Position numbers and translations under genes: made by a program. Shown piece after piece: positions 13,628-25,724 of a DNA stretch of 64,000 nt. Under the pieces are notes generated by a model, which saw only the letters and a list, made by a program, of their open reading frames with translations, did no database searches and was not told where the DNA came from. Source of the DNA: Sporopachydermia quercuum. Taxonomy: Eukaryota. Each line of letters starts with the position of its first letter. Positions within the stretch are counted from its first letter, which is position 1. The stretch is from contig BCGN01000001.1 of the NCBI GenBank assembly GCA_001599295.1, positions 744,001-808,000 on the forward strand. Reading direction: 5' to 3'.

Positions 13628-13985
13628 TATTCATCCTTTGTCTTTGTTAAGACGATGTGAAGTATTTAGACTTTTAGATCATTCAATGATCATCAAGTCC
13701 TATACATCCGTAAAACAGTTGTATTATAGCATTGCAGATCAAAGTATAGCAAGAAATAGAGATAATTCTTATTGATTTATGAGAATAGGTCCTTTGGTGT
13801 TTATTCTTATGTATGGCAAACCTAAATAAATACAGTTTATTTCATTCTTTATTTTAATAAAATAATCAATGATAAATGTAAAAAGTTCACCGAACAGGTA
13901 AATTAAATCCTAGAATGACTGAAAATAATAAAATATGCAGTTAAAAATGGCAATTGAACGGACACTTAGTCCTAAAATTAAGCAA

Positions 13986-16057
13986 TTAAGTACTGTAATC
14001 AAAATGATCTCCCACAGAACTGATATCACGTATTCTTGAAATAAGATCATAGTTGACTTTTTTAGAAACTTTAGAGTCATGATGATAATCAGGATGGTTT
14101 AAAACAAATCGTCTAATCCAAGTAGCAGCAGTAGGTATATCGCCCTTCGCTCTTTTAGAGATGAAATCAATATATTCTGTTAACTTGCTCAATTCAGCTT
14201 CTGAAGCAGTTTCGCCATATTCCTCTTTCACGAACTGCTTAACAAGTGGGAAAATCTTACCATTGATAATCTCATCAATAGTGTATTCCTTTACCCTATT
14301 GTTTTCAGTTCCTCCTTGTATATCTTCTCTGAACCAAAACTTTCTCGATAATAATGAATCTCGCTTATGACCTTGTTCCATATTCTCTTCACTCTTTGAA
14401 ATTGGAATATATAAATCTATATTATATTTTGCAATCATTCGGAAGATTAAAGTGATGACCAACGCATATGCTGCATTCTCATAATCAGTCAATTGTATAT
14501 CCATACTTCTGAATTCCACTCTCCAGCCAATTGAAGTTTGACCAGGAGGAGGTGGTTTGAATCTCATAGTTTGCCAGTTCGTAGATTGGATATTTTCAAA
14601 ATGATCAGCTGATACAGTATTGTCTTGATGTAATAGCTCACCAAAAACAACAATTGGATCCCGAATGAATAAATGACCAAAATGTTTTGCCAATAGATCA
14701 TCAAATCCGCGAGTATTCTTTAGTTCCTCGTAAATTTCTTCGTTGTAGACAATATCCACATCATTATATTCATCTTTGAAAAATACCTTATCTTTGTCAC
14801 CTTCAAGATATGAAGAATCTCCCAAATAATTATCAATTGAATCATACCTAGATTTTCGTATTCTATACTTCTTACCATTTTCCTCTCCTTCAGTTGATCC
14901 AACATCAGGCAATGGCTTCAATCCTAGTTCTTCTGGTGTTCTATCATCAACACTAGCAGCAATGACGTTCCATCTTACATCCCAATCTGATAAATATCCT
15001 CTAAAAATGGGGGTTGTAGCACTCAATGACAGAAATATAGGTGCCAGAACAGAGGCAGTGTCATAAAGATATCTCGCCTGATGAACGTTTTTACTTTGAT
15101 ATGTGACTTGAAGACAAGAGCATCCCATTCCAAATCCCATACTATCCATATAAATATGATCTAACTTGGCGGCTCCATCTCTGGCATTTGCGTCTTCGGG
15201 ATAAATGTTTCTATCCCATGATATGGTCTCATCTTTGAACGGTGATGGTGTTTTCTCATCATGAAATATAGGTACATTTATTTGGACTTTGTTGCCTCTT
15301 CTTTGTCTGATATTGGCTGTTAATGTTGGAAATCGTGCATGCTCATTAATCACTTCATCAGGAAGGAAAAAGCTCCTGGAAACAGGTCCATTGGGCTTGA
15401 AATAAGGATATGTAAACTGCCCTGGAGCACCAAGAAGAGGATAAGATGTGATGGTTAAAGTGACAAATGTGATTGATGGATTCTCTTTATCATTAGGCAA
15501 ATATTTTAATGACACTTCTCTTCTTACTTTCATGTTCTTCTCTACATACAATAAATCAGTGATAGTACCAGAGTATGGTCTTGCTGGCGTAGCTTCTAAC
15601 ATAAACCTGCCGTACTCAGGATGGTAAGAAACATCATACTTCTTAGCCAATTGTTCCTCATCATTAGCTATCTTGTCTAAAACTTGTGTAGATATTAACG
15701 CCAAGAAAACTTGGTCCTCTTTCACACTAGCAATATTACCATTAACTATTGTATCCGTTTCTGATTCTGATTCTGATTCTTCGTTGATGTTATCGTTTAA
15801 CTCAGAATTCTTCTCGACAAAAGCAACCATAATATACTCAATTTCGTCTCCCCATAAGAAAGGATCATTGTCACGATTTGAATGCTGGTTGAAAATATTG
15901 ATTAGTTGCTTTATGCCTTCTTTACGAACATGATTCGAATGCTTCTTTGCTTCATCCCAAGGTAATGGGGTTCCCAATGATCTAATTTCACTGTTAGAAA
16001 GAATAATGCACGAAATGGTTAAATTGATCTTATCAGTCTTACATACAATAATCCCAT
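13986..16057 (-). CDS. GSH1: Glutamate-cysteine ligase (gamma-glutamylcysteine synthetase)
   Basis: Exon 1 16057-16047; intron 16046-15982 (GTATGT..TTCTAAC..TAG) restores MGLLSLGTPL. Motifs WGDEIEY, HPEYGRFMLEATP, MGFGMGCSCLQVT, GWRVEFR. Confidence 0.97.
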
Positions 16058-16369
16058 TATGTTCTCTGAAGAACAATTAATAGATGAATAATGATAATAA
16101 TTACAACCTTAGTGGAAACGAAAAAATGGCTTAATTCTTTCCTAATGGTTCACTTGAGCTTCGGACTTTAACTAGAAAGTGTATTAGTTAGTTAAGTGAA
16201 GAGGGCACCTCAAATCGTATGCAAAGATTGCCGGAAGGATCAAATTCAAGTCAAGTCGTAGGTTAAAGCATTTTCCTGCTATCGTCCTCTGAAGAAAATC
16301 TTCAAATGGAGCTGTCATATTCAATGTAAAAAAAAAAATTAAAAGAAAAAAAAAACGACCAAAGGACCG

Positions 16370-16406
16370 CCCACTAGCTATTTGCTCACCCACTAGCTAT
16401 TTGCTC
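16370..16406. repeat. Tandem duplication, 18-bp unit cccactagctatttgctc x2
   Basis: Exact copies at 16370-16387 and 16389-16406, ~310 bp upstream of GSH1. Confidence 0.9.
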
Positions 16407-17830
16407 CTAAACGCACTGTCTATGAAATAACGTCATAAAGAAGAGCTTATAACCCAGCAAATCTTACCAAAGATTACGAAACCTGTTCATATCAGATCTT
16501 GACCGTATTTCACCTCCAGAATGCATGACTAGCAATTAGCAATCAACCGGTAACTTCTAAGTCCTAACAATCATCCATACCTTAGGCGTTGTTCTAAATA
16601 GCTTGACGTCGAGCTCACCACAGACTGTTAATCACCATTCCAATAAGAGACCAACTTGTTTCAAACCTAGAAGCTATAAGAACAAAAAGAACAATTCAAC
16701 TTCGAGGAAACAGCTGCGAACAGTTGCGAACAGTCGCAAATACCTTCAGATTATCTTGAACGGTTGTAAGAAGTGATATAAAAAGTTCAACAAGTTGCTT
16801 TTATTACTTAACAGGGAAGATTTTTGTGAAAGAAAGTTAACCGAATTTGAAGAACTTTAACCGTTTCGGGTCAAAATTCACACCGTAAAACAGAGTAACC
16901 CAAGTGACTTTGCAAGAAAAGGGTCGAATTTGTTCACTGTGTAACTAACTATTCACAACATGCTAAGAGGATAAATACTGTTAAGGAGGTATCTACGTTT
17001 AAAGAAATTAAGGATTATTATCTTTAATAAGAAGAGAAGGAAGAAGTCAAGGAAAATTATACTCGTAGTTTCCTATCAAGATGAGTCTACAAGTTTTGAT
17101 GATCATCAGTTTGCTAGAAAACTTCGGTGTGCACAATCAACGAAAGGAGAAAATAGACTAATAATTACAACTAATTCTTCTATTATTATGTGATTTTCAT
17201 TTCATCGTTGGCAGAACTTCTACTGATATAGGAGATAAGCGAGAGTTCCTAATGGTAAAACAATGGTGGAATTATATATAAGTTTTCCTTTATTTGAAGG
17301 CTGCACATATACTATATGATAAGCATTGACTTATAATGCAACTATAACAACACTCTCACTTAATTGTATCGAGTTGTCATAACTTGATTGCTAATGCAGA
17401 TTACAATCACCAGGAAATTAGTAAGACCCGAAACTGGTGCAATCGTACGACCCGAAAAATTCATTTATTGTTTATCCCCTAGGACTTTTTCAAGTGGCAT
17501 GCACTATCCAGTCTCGGCAATATACATAATTACTGCCAAAAGTATTGAAGGCAACAAAGGAAATTGTTGAGAATCATATTCAATTGCTTTATTACCTCTT
17601 TGCCATCTTCTTTTCACAGATAATTTCATACTACAGTTGCAGCCTTTTTTTGATGGACCAATGAATCAGATGGGAACAAAATGCACCTGCTCTGACATCA
17701 TGTGATATGGTATCAGTTCAAGCAATGAGAGTAAAATAATGAGATAATGAGTAGAATATAATATTGAGCGGAAGAGACTTGAGGTACCAATTAATTGCTA
17801 GGGAAAAACTACAAACCTTTTCTTGCCTAG

Positions 17831-17842
17831 ACTCACGTGAGT
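17831..17842. promoter_or_regulatory. 12-bp palindrome ACTCACGTGAGT (bHLH E-box, Cbf1/Tye7 type)
   Basis: Perfect palindrome ~240 bp upstream of the SLC1 start. Confidence 0.5.
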
Positions 17843-18080
17843 AGTCAGTTGGATTTTAACTCATGAGAAGTCTCAGTTTTCACTGGGAAATTCGATTACG
17901 CTAACTTTTAGTACATGCATGGCATCATAATTCTTCGCATTATCATTAATTCGGACTTCCGGGGTATTGCAATTATCATTGCCCACTAAGAGGAATACTT
18001 GAAAAAGAAATAGTGGTAAACCCTATAAAAGAAATGTTTTATACTGATTAGAAGTATAAGATTTTCAATTGATGATCAAA

Positions 18081-19015
18081 ATGTTTTCTTGGCTATCAAA
18101 TAACTCAATTTTCAGAAAGCTACGCTACACTTTCAAACTATCATTGGCAACTTTTGCCTTGACGTTTTCTGCATCTTATGGTATGTATTTTTCATCGGTT
18201 GTATGAGAAAGCATTCAAACGATGTGAGAGTGTTATAACAACCCTAACCAAATTATATAGGTGTGATAGCGTCGTTGGTGTTGTCTATTGTTGGTAAACG
18301 CTCTCTATCCCAGTGGACTGTGGCTCGAGTATTCTACTTCACTTTCAGCAATTTGCTAGGAGTGAAGATTAATGTAAGAAATGAATCTGTTCTCGAAACT
18401 GTGAAGCCTGCTGTTCTTATTACGAATCACCAAAGTGAGCTTGATATACTTGTAATAGGGAAGATTATGCCTAAGAAAGGGACCATCACTGCTAAACAAT
18501 CGTTGAAATACACTCCTGTATTGGGGTGGTTTATGACCTTAAGCGGAACTTTTTTTATCAATAGAAAAAACAATGAGCAGGCCATTAATTCTTTGAACAA
18601 AGCATTAGAAAAGGTGAAAAGGAACAAGGAAGTTATTTATATATTTCCAGAAGGTACAAGATCATATAGCAGTGTACCGACTTTACTACCATTCAAGAAA
18701 GGTGCATTTCACCTGGCTGTTCAGGCTGGTGTCCCAATTGTTCCCTGTGTTGTGAGTAATACATCAAACATTTTCAGCTGGAAGAACAGCTGTTTTAACA
18801 CAGGTACTATTACAATAGAAGTTTTAGATCCAATCCCAACTGAGAATTTGACGAAGGATGATGTTAATGATTTGGTTGAATCAACAAGATCAAGAATGCT
18901 GGAAGCAATTGAAAGATTGGGGTACTCAGAAACTTCAGAATCAAATAAAGAAACTATACCCTCAGTTTCTGATGAAGCTACACATTTGTTGGCTGATCAA
19001 GATGTTGCTTTGTAA
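18081..19015 (+). CDS. SLC1: 1-acyl-sn-glycerol-3-phosphate acyltransferase
   Basis: Exon 1 18081-18180 (alternative in-frame ATG at 18072), intron 18181-18260. Motifs NHQSELD, FINR, IFPEGTRS, LLPFKKGAFHLA. Confidence 0.95.
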
Positions 19016-19820
19016 TGAGTTTTCTTGATTTGGAACCCAATGAGTCCATGAATCAACCGTTGAATCAACCTGCGCTGTATCAACTATGATTTAACATTTT
19101 CCCATTCACTCTTATGAATCATTATATAAAACATCCTTCCCTCTATACATTATGTATCTACGAAGAATCAAGCAATCTAACCAATCAATAGCCAGCAGTC
19201 AGCCAGTTCGTAAGTCATGTTCCATTCATCATCATTCGGAGTTCCAACTTTCATTTATTTCTCATATAGCAGCAGCGCAGCGTAGTAGAATCCTTTAGTA
19301 CGATCTCATTGATTTTCCAATCAAAAAAAAAAATTTCGCTTTTCTTTTTAACAAGATCCTCAATTACACATTTTTCGCACTATCTATGCATGTTTATATT
19401 CACTTGCTGATTCATTCATTCATCTTCCGAGATCATTATATCATTTCCCATTGACTTTGACATGTGCTGGTCAATCCTGTATGCGCCGTCCCAAAAAGGG
19501 TGCTCAGCAACGCCAAACACGATTCACCGTCCTGTTCTTCGTACAATGCGATGAGATTGATTCCCGATATATTTACATTTTTGCTTATGTAGTGAAAACA
19601 TTATATTTCAGCAGATAAAGTATTTACCAGTAGAGTATTATTAAAATGCATATTTGATCTATTTCATACTTGTAGTTCGCTGTTTATGTTTTGAAGTAAA
19701 TTTATGAGGCTTCTTTTTGGTGTGCGGTTTATGGATTGACTGGAGACGTGTTTGTAGCCGAAATCCGGCTTCATTTAACAGGACAACAATAGATTATAGA
19801 AGGGAAAAGGCTAGAGAACA

Positions 19821-22454
19821 ATGAGCGTGTGTACCAAGAAGAAAACTAATAAAGTTATGGATAGAGAAAATACACAGTTTTATATTAATAGCGATGATAG
19901 TGGTGCTGAAAGTGGATCAGAGTCGGAAGCAGGCACAAAACTGAGACCAAGACGGATGGACCGATCAAGACTACAATCTACTATTAAAGAAACAGAACAT
20001 AATCCCGATGATGAACATACAGGTAGTGAGTCAGATAGTTACAGTGATAGAGAAGGAAGACTTGGAGGGTCAACTCCTTTTAATGTCTTATCAAAAAAGG
20101 CGACCCACAATGAAAAGGCGTCGCCTAATCAACGTGCTATTCTTGATGGAATAGATCAATCATTCTGGAAGAAATGCGTTGAAATGAGTTTACTGCTGTA
20201 TGTCGTATACTTGACAGGAGCCGTATTAAGATCCACGATTATTGAACATATTCGCACGATAGAATTTTGGTTATGTGTTATATTCACTACTTTGTTAATC
20301 CAGTACCTAAAATCTACACCATCTAAACCATCGCCATTGTCTCCAACACTGCCATCAGATTTTTATAAGATATTCTTTCCACCAATGATAGCTTTGATTT
20401 CTAATCCATCCAACTATTTTATGCTGGAGTTGAATATGATATTAAGCTTAAACTCTCTTTTTATCAATAAAAACGCTGGTAACGAAGGTATAGGAGGTTT
20501 AGGATTCAAAGGACTGCTAGTCAATTTCATGCAGCTATTTACAATGAGCTTGATAGACTACGAGGAAAAAGGATGCAAGAGGATTTTAGACGATATCTTT
20601 CATACAAATATCGTGGGTTTGTTGTGGGAAGTTCCTGTTGGTTCACACGTAAAACGGTTGGAACTATGGGTATCCCAATTTGCTTCTGTTATTAATAGAA
20701 ACACCTTACTCTCGAAATGGGATTCATCCAGTCTTTTTCCATTAGATCACCTATCAACAATGCCGGCTAATGATCTGATTTATACAGCGGCTGTTTGTTA
20801 TATACTAATGTTATCATTCAGGACGACTTATAGAACCATTGATAAGATAACGCAAAATAGTTTGACTAAAGTTGAAAAGTCATTAGCTTCGACACTACTT
20901 TTGAATTTGCTTTTCACAAACTCTAAGAAGAACTCAACAATAATAACTCAGTTTTTCATTCTTGGCATGATGATTTCTTTTTATATCTCCATGCTGGTTG
21001 TGTTGCTTTTATCTTCATTCGTTCTCCCTTCATTTATAAGCAAACAGCACTATCAGTTCAGCTGGAAAGTATCCAACAATCTCAAAGCAATAGCTAAACT
21101 GATAAGAATGCCACAATATAAGAGGTCGAAAACATTTGATAGCTTAAAAAAGGAAGGATGTATCCTTCTTCAAGTGATTTTTCTTTTCTTGATGGCTTCT
21201 CCAGTGAGAAAGTTATTAGCTAAGCAACTAGGAATGCAAGATCCAGTTTTTTACGTTCTGAAAATGTTTTTTGATTATGTCAGTGAAGGAAATGAATTAT
21301 CAAGAGAATCAATCATTAGAATTAACGTTGCAATTTACTGGGTTTCGTTTTTAGGACCATTGATTCCTTTGATAGATTATCTATCTTCTAAATGGACACT
21401 AGATATTAGACGAAAGGTTTGGCACGGTTGCATTTTATTACTGTTTTTACCTTTTGGCATCTACAACATTGATAATTCAGTCATTAGTTTTGAAGAGATA
21501 ATGAAAGGCGTAAAACCAATAAGTGACCCATTAACTGGGTCTGAAGGTGTTCTAATCTCTGAATCTCTCCTAGAAAGAGACAATTTTATCCAACTAGCGA
21601 TGTCCATAGCTATTGGTGTATTTTGTCTTTTAGAGCTTCTGAGGATTTTAACAATATATCCTTTGGGACCACTACTTCATATTAAACTACAAAAGTTCAT
21701 TGATGAGAGAGACAGTAATGGCCCTGTTATTATTTCACATATTTTTCTTTTGTTAGGAATATCCTTGCCAATTATAATTCCTACAGTTAGACGGGAATCA
21801 CTGATAGTTGCTAGTCCTGACATGTCTCAACATGTGGTACTCCAATTCTTCTATTCGATTGCTAGTCCTTTAGGGATTATATGTCTTGGACTCGGTGATG
21901 CTTCTGCTTCAATCATTGGCCGACGGTTTGGTAGAGTTCGTTGGTTCAACTCCAAAAAGACTTTAGAAGGTAGTTTGGCATTTATGCTTGCTGTTTATAT
22001 AGGACTTTTATTCACAAAGTATGAGTTCAGTACTTATGGTACTATTATTGGCATAGAGTATAAAACATTCTGTCTGCATTTCCCTTTCGGTTGTAAACCA
22101 AGTACATCAAATCTACAGATGATACTATCTTCCGACGCGGAGGTATTGTCATCTGAGTTTATTTCAGGGAATCCAAATATTTCGACCTGGTTGTTACAAC
22201 GCTTTGGATATAATTGGAATACATTAAGCAATTTCAGAGTTTCTTTATCTGAGCTTTATTTGAGAATACCGGAAATTCATTATGGATTGAAAGAAATGTT
22301 CATTATCTCAAGTTGCACCAGTTTATTAGAAGCAACAAGTGGAATGAATGATAACGTCATAGTCCCTATTTTTATGCATATCTTACATACTCTCCTGAAC
22401 GATAAAGCCAGAATATCAGCATCACAACAATATAAAAAAATTTATGCTCAATAG
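19821..22454 (+). CDS. SEC59: Dolichol kinase
   Basis: Multi-TM protein with RRKVWHG, DERD.GPVIISHIFLLLG, LGLGDASASIIGRRFG and KKTLEGSLAF. Confidence 0.93.
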   Translation: MSVCTKKKTNKVMDRENTQFYINSDDSGAESGSESEAGTKLRPRRMDRSRLQSTIKETEHNPDDEHTGSESDSYSDREGRLGGSTPFNVLSKKATHNEKASPNQRAILDGIDQSFWKKCVEMSLLLYVVYLTGAVLRSTIIEHIRTIEFWLCVIFTTLLIQYLKSTPSKPSPLSPTLPSDFYKIFFPPMIALISNPSNYFMLELNMILSLNSLFINKNAGNEGIGGLGFKGLLVNFMQLFTMSLIDYEEKGCKRILDDIFHTNIVGLLWEVPVGSHVKRLELWVSQFASVINRNTLLSKWDSSSLFPLDHLSTMPANDLIYTAAVCYILMLSFRTTYRTIDKITQNSLTKVEKSLASTLLLNLLFTNSKKNSTIITQFFILGMMISFYISMLVVLLLSSFVLPSFISKQHYQFSWKVSNNLKAIAKLIRMPQYKRSKTFDSLKKEGCILLQVIFLFLMASPVRKLLAKQLGMQDPVFYVLKMFFDYVSEGNELSRESIIRINVAIYWVSFLGPLIPLIDYLSSKWTLDIRRKVWHGCILLLFLPFGIYNIDNSVISFEEIMKGVKPISDPLTGSEGVLISESLLERDNFIQLAMSIAIGVFCLLELLRILTIYPLGPLLHIKLQKFIDERDSNGPVIISHIFLLLGISLPIIIPTVRRESLIVASPDMSQHVVLQFFYSIASPLGIICLGLGDASASIIGRRFGRVRWFNSKKTLEGSLAFMLAVYIGLLFTKYEFSTYGTIIGIEYKTFCLHFPFGCKPSTSNLQMILSSDAEVLSSEFISGNPNISTWLLQRFGYNWNTLSNFRVSLSELYLRIPEIHYGLKEMFIISSCTSLLEATSGMNDNVIVPIFMHILHTLLNDKARISASQQYKKIYAQ

Positions 22455-22936
22455 AATATTAATATACACATTTGATGTCAGCTTTATTCATACTATCTTC
22501 TGAAGTAGTCCATTGTCAATTACTTTCCGGGGTGATGAACGAGATTATACTTTTTATTTCATATTTATTGATTATGTTAACCATAAGTCGTGTATTAAAT
22601 GATTACACCAGGCATATATCATCTATTTGATGATTATGTCATACTATATTATATAGCATATCATAAGATCATGAGCAAATCCATTTGGGTGACAGATGTA
22701 AACAGCTATTAGAGCCCTTTTTGATATCAGTTACAATTTATCAATTGATCCGATGTAAATGATCTACATAGTTTCTGTTGTATGACGATAACTAATATTG
22801 AATTTCATATACTTAAGGTCTCTGTTTCTCATATTTGAGTTCTGCAGAATAAATTGTCAGAAGGTAGACATGGGTTTTTGTTCATAGTCATAATTTCATA
22901 ACACAGCTCGACTAACTTAGAGGGACACGTAATAAT

Positions 22937-25471
22937 ATGAGCCGAAGAAAATCAATTGACCTGGAAACGCCAGATCTCCAGGAAATCGCTCAAAAGTTTG
23001 ATTCCTGTAAAACAGTTTCTGATTTGACAGAGCTACTGGAAACTATTGAGGTAGAGGAAAAGTTTCATGCCTCAAATGTAACAGATTATATCACACATGC
23101 AGTATCACATTATTCACTTCAAGATGTCTCAAGACTTAAAATGCTTAGAGCTCAGCTGGTGACTCTTCAATCATCATCAAGACATTTGATCGAAGAATTG
23201 GATTACAGCTCCGGTCTTGCAAGTAATATCACTTCCAAAGTGCGGCTGTTGGATTTAGAGAAAGAGCAAGTGACAGCTACTTTGCGGTTTGTTGATGAAA
23301 CTATCTTACTCAAGAATGCCATCTTAACAGTTCAAGATGCAATTGATCGTAAAGATTGGAGATTAGCATCCGAGAACATAAATGTTGCAAGAAATATTTC
23401 TAAAGAAGTCTTGAGTGGGAAGTATGCTGATGCAATGGTTCCAACGGTAGAACTACCAGAAAACCCTCAGAAAACTCTCAGTAAGTGGATCGACGAATTA
23501 TCAGAGTTCTTCCTAACTGAATTCAATAAATCTGCCCAAATTAAGGATATGGCTAATTTGACACTTTATTTCAACTTGTTTCCCTTGTTAGGAAAGGAAA
23601 AAATTGGAATTGAAGCGTATGCCAGATTTATCTCTGGTGTAATTTCCTCAGAGAGCAGAGACTTGATTAGAAACATCAGTTCGAAAGCCAGAGAGTCATT
23701 CAACGTCTCTGCAAATACACCTTTATATAGTTTGGCCATAAGCCGTCTTTTCGAAAACATCGCCACGATTATCAACCAGCATGAACCAGTTATCCGGAAA
23801 CATTACGGTAAGAAAAGCATGCTTCATGTGGTTGAGAAGTTACAACTAGAAGCTGATGTTCAGTCAGGGATTATAGGAGAAAGTTTCTGGGACGATTTAC
23901 AGGTTGACCGTAAACTTTACGATATTGAACAATATCCTTTTAATTTCCTTGTTGAAAGTCTGACAGGAAATTCAAGCTCTCTTACTAATTCCCTTGTGCA
24001 AGGAAGCTCATTATTAAGAGCCTCTTCACCTTCAGATGACGGAAGATTATCAATGGAAGAAGAAAATATAGATGTGATCCAAATAGGAGAATTGGTTTCA
24101 GAACTATCAACAATTCTCAACAGATGGGCACTTTATTGTAAATTTATTTCAATTCGTTGGTGGGAGTATTCAAGTGTTACTCTGAAAAGCGATCAGATGA
24201 AGCTTCCCAACCCTTTACTAGTCAGCTCTTTTGGAGATAAAGTAGCTGCTAATTATATACCAGGGTTTGATAAGCTGACTACGTTTTATTTCAGGAGGTC
24301 ACTTGAAAAGGCATTCCAAATTGAGGAGTTACCTGAATTCCCAGAATCAAATATTCCTGACTCACCTTTGATATCTTCTATTGTTGAAGATTCTATGTAT
24401 ATTCTAAACACTACTCTAAAATATTGCATTCAAACGGGCCAATTCAGAGTTATAAGCAATATGATTGGTAACATTAAGCGAATTCTTCTTTCTGATTATC
24501 TTGGTATGATTCAAAGTAAATTAAAAGAGGACTCGTCTATTTTATCATCTATTCTTAGTGGAGCTGGTTCTTCAACAGCAGTAACCACAAACCAGAAATC
24601 AAACAATCAGCAACTGGGATTAGGAGGAATGATCTCACGGAGCATTGGAATGCTGGGCTTATCAGGATCCGATCAAACAAAATTGAGATTAACATTGATC
24701 TCGTTGAACAATTTATCGTTGTCTAACGAATATATAGAAAAAGTCATAACATCGGTGCTGGATAACGTTCAAACCAATGAGTTGATATGTTTCAGTATTG
24801 TTTATAAAGATAATGAAGCAGGGCTCATAGATTCCAACTTCCAGTTCTTGAAAGATCAATTGAATCATTTAGGTGATAGCTTTCGGGAGAAAACAAATAG
24901 AATGATTAAAGACAATCTACAGGTATTTTTCAACCAGATTTTTAAAACATCCTTGAAAAACCTTGTAAATGATTGTTTCAAAGATGTGGATTATATGGTA
25001 TCACCCTCAGAAAATTCTAGTAATTACTACGATGCTAATGAAGGTGATCATATCATATTAGATAAATTCAGAGTTGGCTGGAGAAATACTGTTACGCTGT
25101 TTTCTAGATACTTACATGATGATTTGTACAGTCAATTGATTACGATGATAACTACGAATTTGTCAGCACTACTTGAGAGAAAAGCATGGTCATATGAAGG
25201 AAAGATAAATGAATTAGGAGCTATCAAACTAGACAGGGATATTAGTGGAATTATATCTATAATTGTTTCTGAAGCATCCAAACAGCCGGGGTCGTTTGGA
25301 AAGAAGATGGGTTATAAACTACGAGAGAATTTTGTTCGAATCACTCAGATAGTTATGATTATTGGTTTAGAAGATGAGGATGAAGAGGAAGGAATTGCAT
25401 GGGTTATTTCTGACGAAGATAGAAGAAGGGCCCGCCGGATGACCGTTGAAAGAAGGAAAGGACGTCGATGA
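22937..25471 (+). CDS. COG4: Conserved oligomeric Golgi complex subunit 4
   Basis: ITSKVRLLDLEK, YFNLFPLLG, LQLEADVQSGII, ELGAIKLDRDI, YKLRENFVRITQI. Adjacent to YTH1, as in S. cerevisiae. Confidence 0.9.
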   Translation: MSRRKSIDLETPDLQEIAQKFDSCKTVSDLTELLETIEVEEKFHASNVTDYITHAVSHYSLQDVSRLKMLRAQLVTLQSSSRHLIEELDYSSGLASNITSKVRLLDLEKEQVTATLRFVDETILLKNAILTVQDAIDRKDWRLASENINVARNISKEVLSGKYADAMVPTVELPENPQKTLSKWIDELSEFFLTEFNKSAQIKDMANLTLYFNLFPLLGKEKIGIEAYARFISGVISSESRDLIRNISSKARESFNVSANTPLYSLAISRLFENIATIINQHEPVIRKHYGKKSMLHVVEKLQLEADVQSGIIGESFWDDLQVDRKLYDIEQYPFNFLVESLTGNSSSLTNSLVQGSSLLRASSPSDDGRLSMEEENIDVIQIGELVSELSTILNRWALYCKFISIRWWEYSSVTLKSDQMKLPNPLLVSSFGDKVAANYIPGFDKLTTFYFRRSLEKAFQIEELPEFPESNIPDSPLISSIVEDSMYILNTTLKYCIQTGQFRVISNMIGNIKRILLSDYLGMIQSKLKEDSSILSSILSGAGSSTAVTTNQKSNNQQLGLGGMISRSIGMLGLSGSDQTKLRLTLISLNNLSLSNEYIEKVITSVLDNVQTNELICFSIVYKDNEAGLIDSNFQFLKDQLNHLGDSFREKTNRMIKDNLQVFFNQIFKTSLKNLVNDCFKDVDYMVSPSENSSNYYDANEGDHIILDKFRVGWRNTVTLFSRYLHDDLYSQLITMITTNLSALLERKAWSYEGKINELGAIKLDRDISGIISIIVSEASKQPGSFGKKMGYKLRENFVRITQIVMIIGLEDEDEEEGIAWVISDEDRRRARRMTVERRKGRR

Positions 25472-25724
25472 TGAGAGGAGGTATCGTTTGGTAAATAGTA
25501 AAAGCACGTAGGAGGTTACGAGTAGAATTTCGCTGTAAGGCGTAAATATGTTAGACATGCTTGTTTGATTATATAAAAATATATATGAGGATGAGAAAGA
25601 ATAAAAAAGTGCTCCTTACCAACTTTAAAATAGTGAAGAGAACATATGACTAAATTATTTCATCGTGCTGTAAAGTCATTAGAAAGAGTACTTTCCAATG
25701 CCATCAACACAACTCTTTTGTCTC

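Larger units (their letters stand above)
11600..13700. mobile_element. Decayed PIF/Harbinger DNA transposon (convergent transposase and Myb/SANT-like genes); boundaries approximate
   Basis: Both hallmark ORFs are recognisable as pseudogenes in tail-to-tail orientation. No TIR or TSD found. Confidence 0.72.

Noticed and set aside
11290..13830. Terminal inverted repeats for the Harbinger relic (e.g. taggccaattttgacc near 11296)
   Set aside because: No complementary partner found at the right end.
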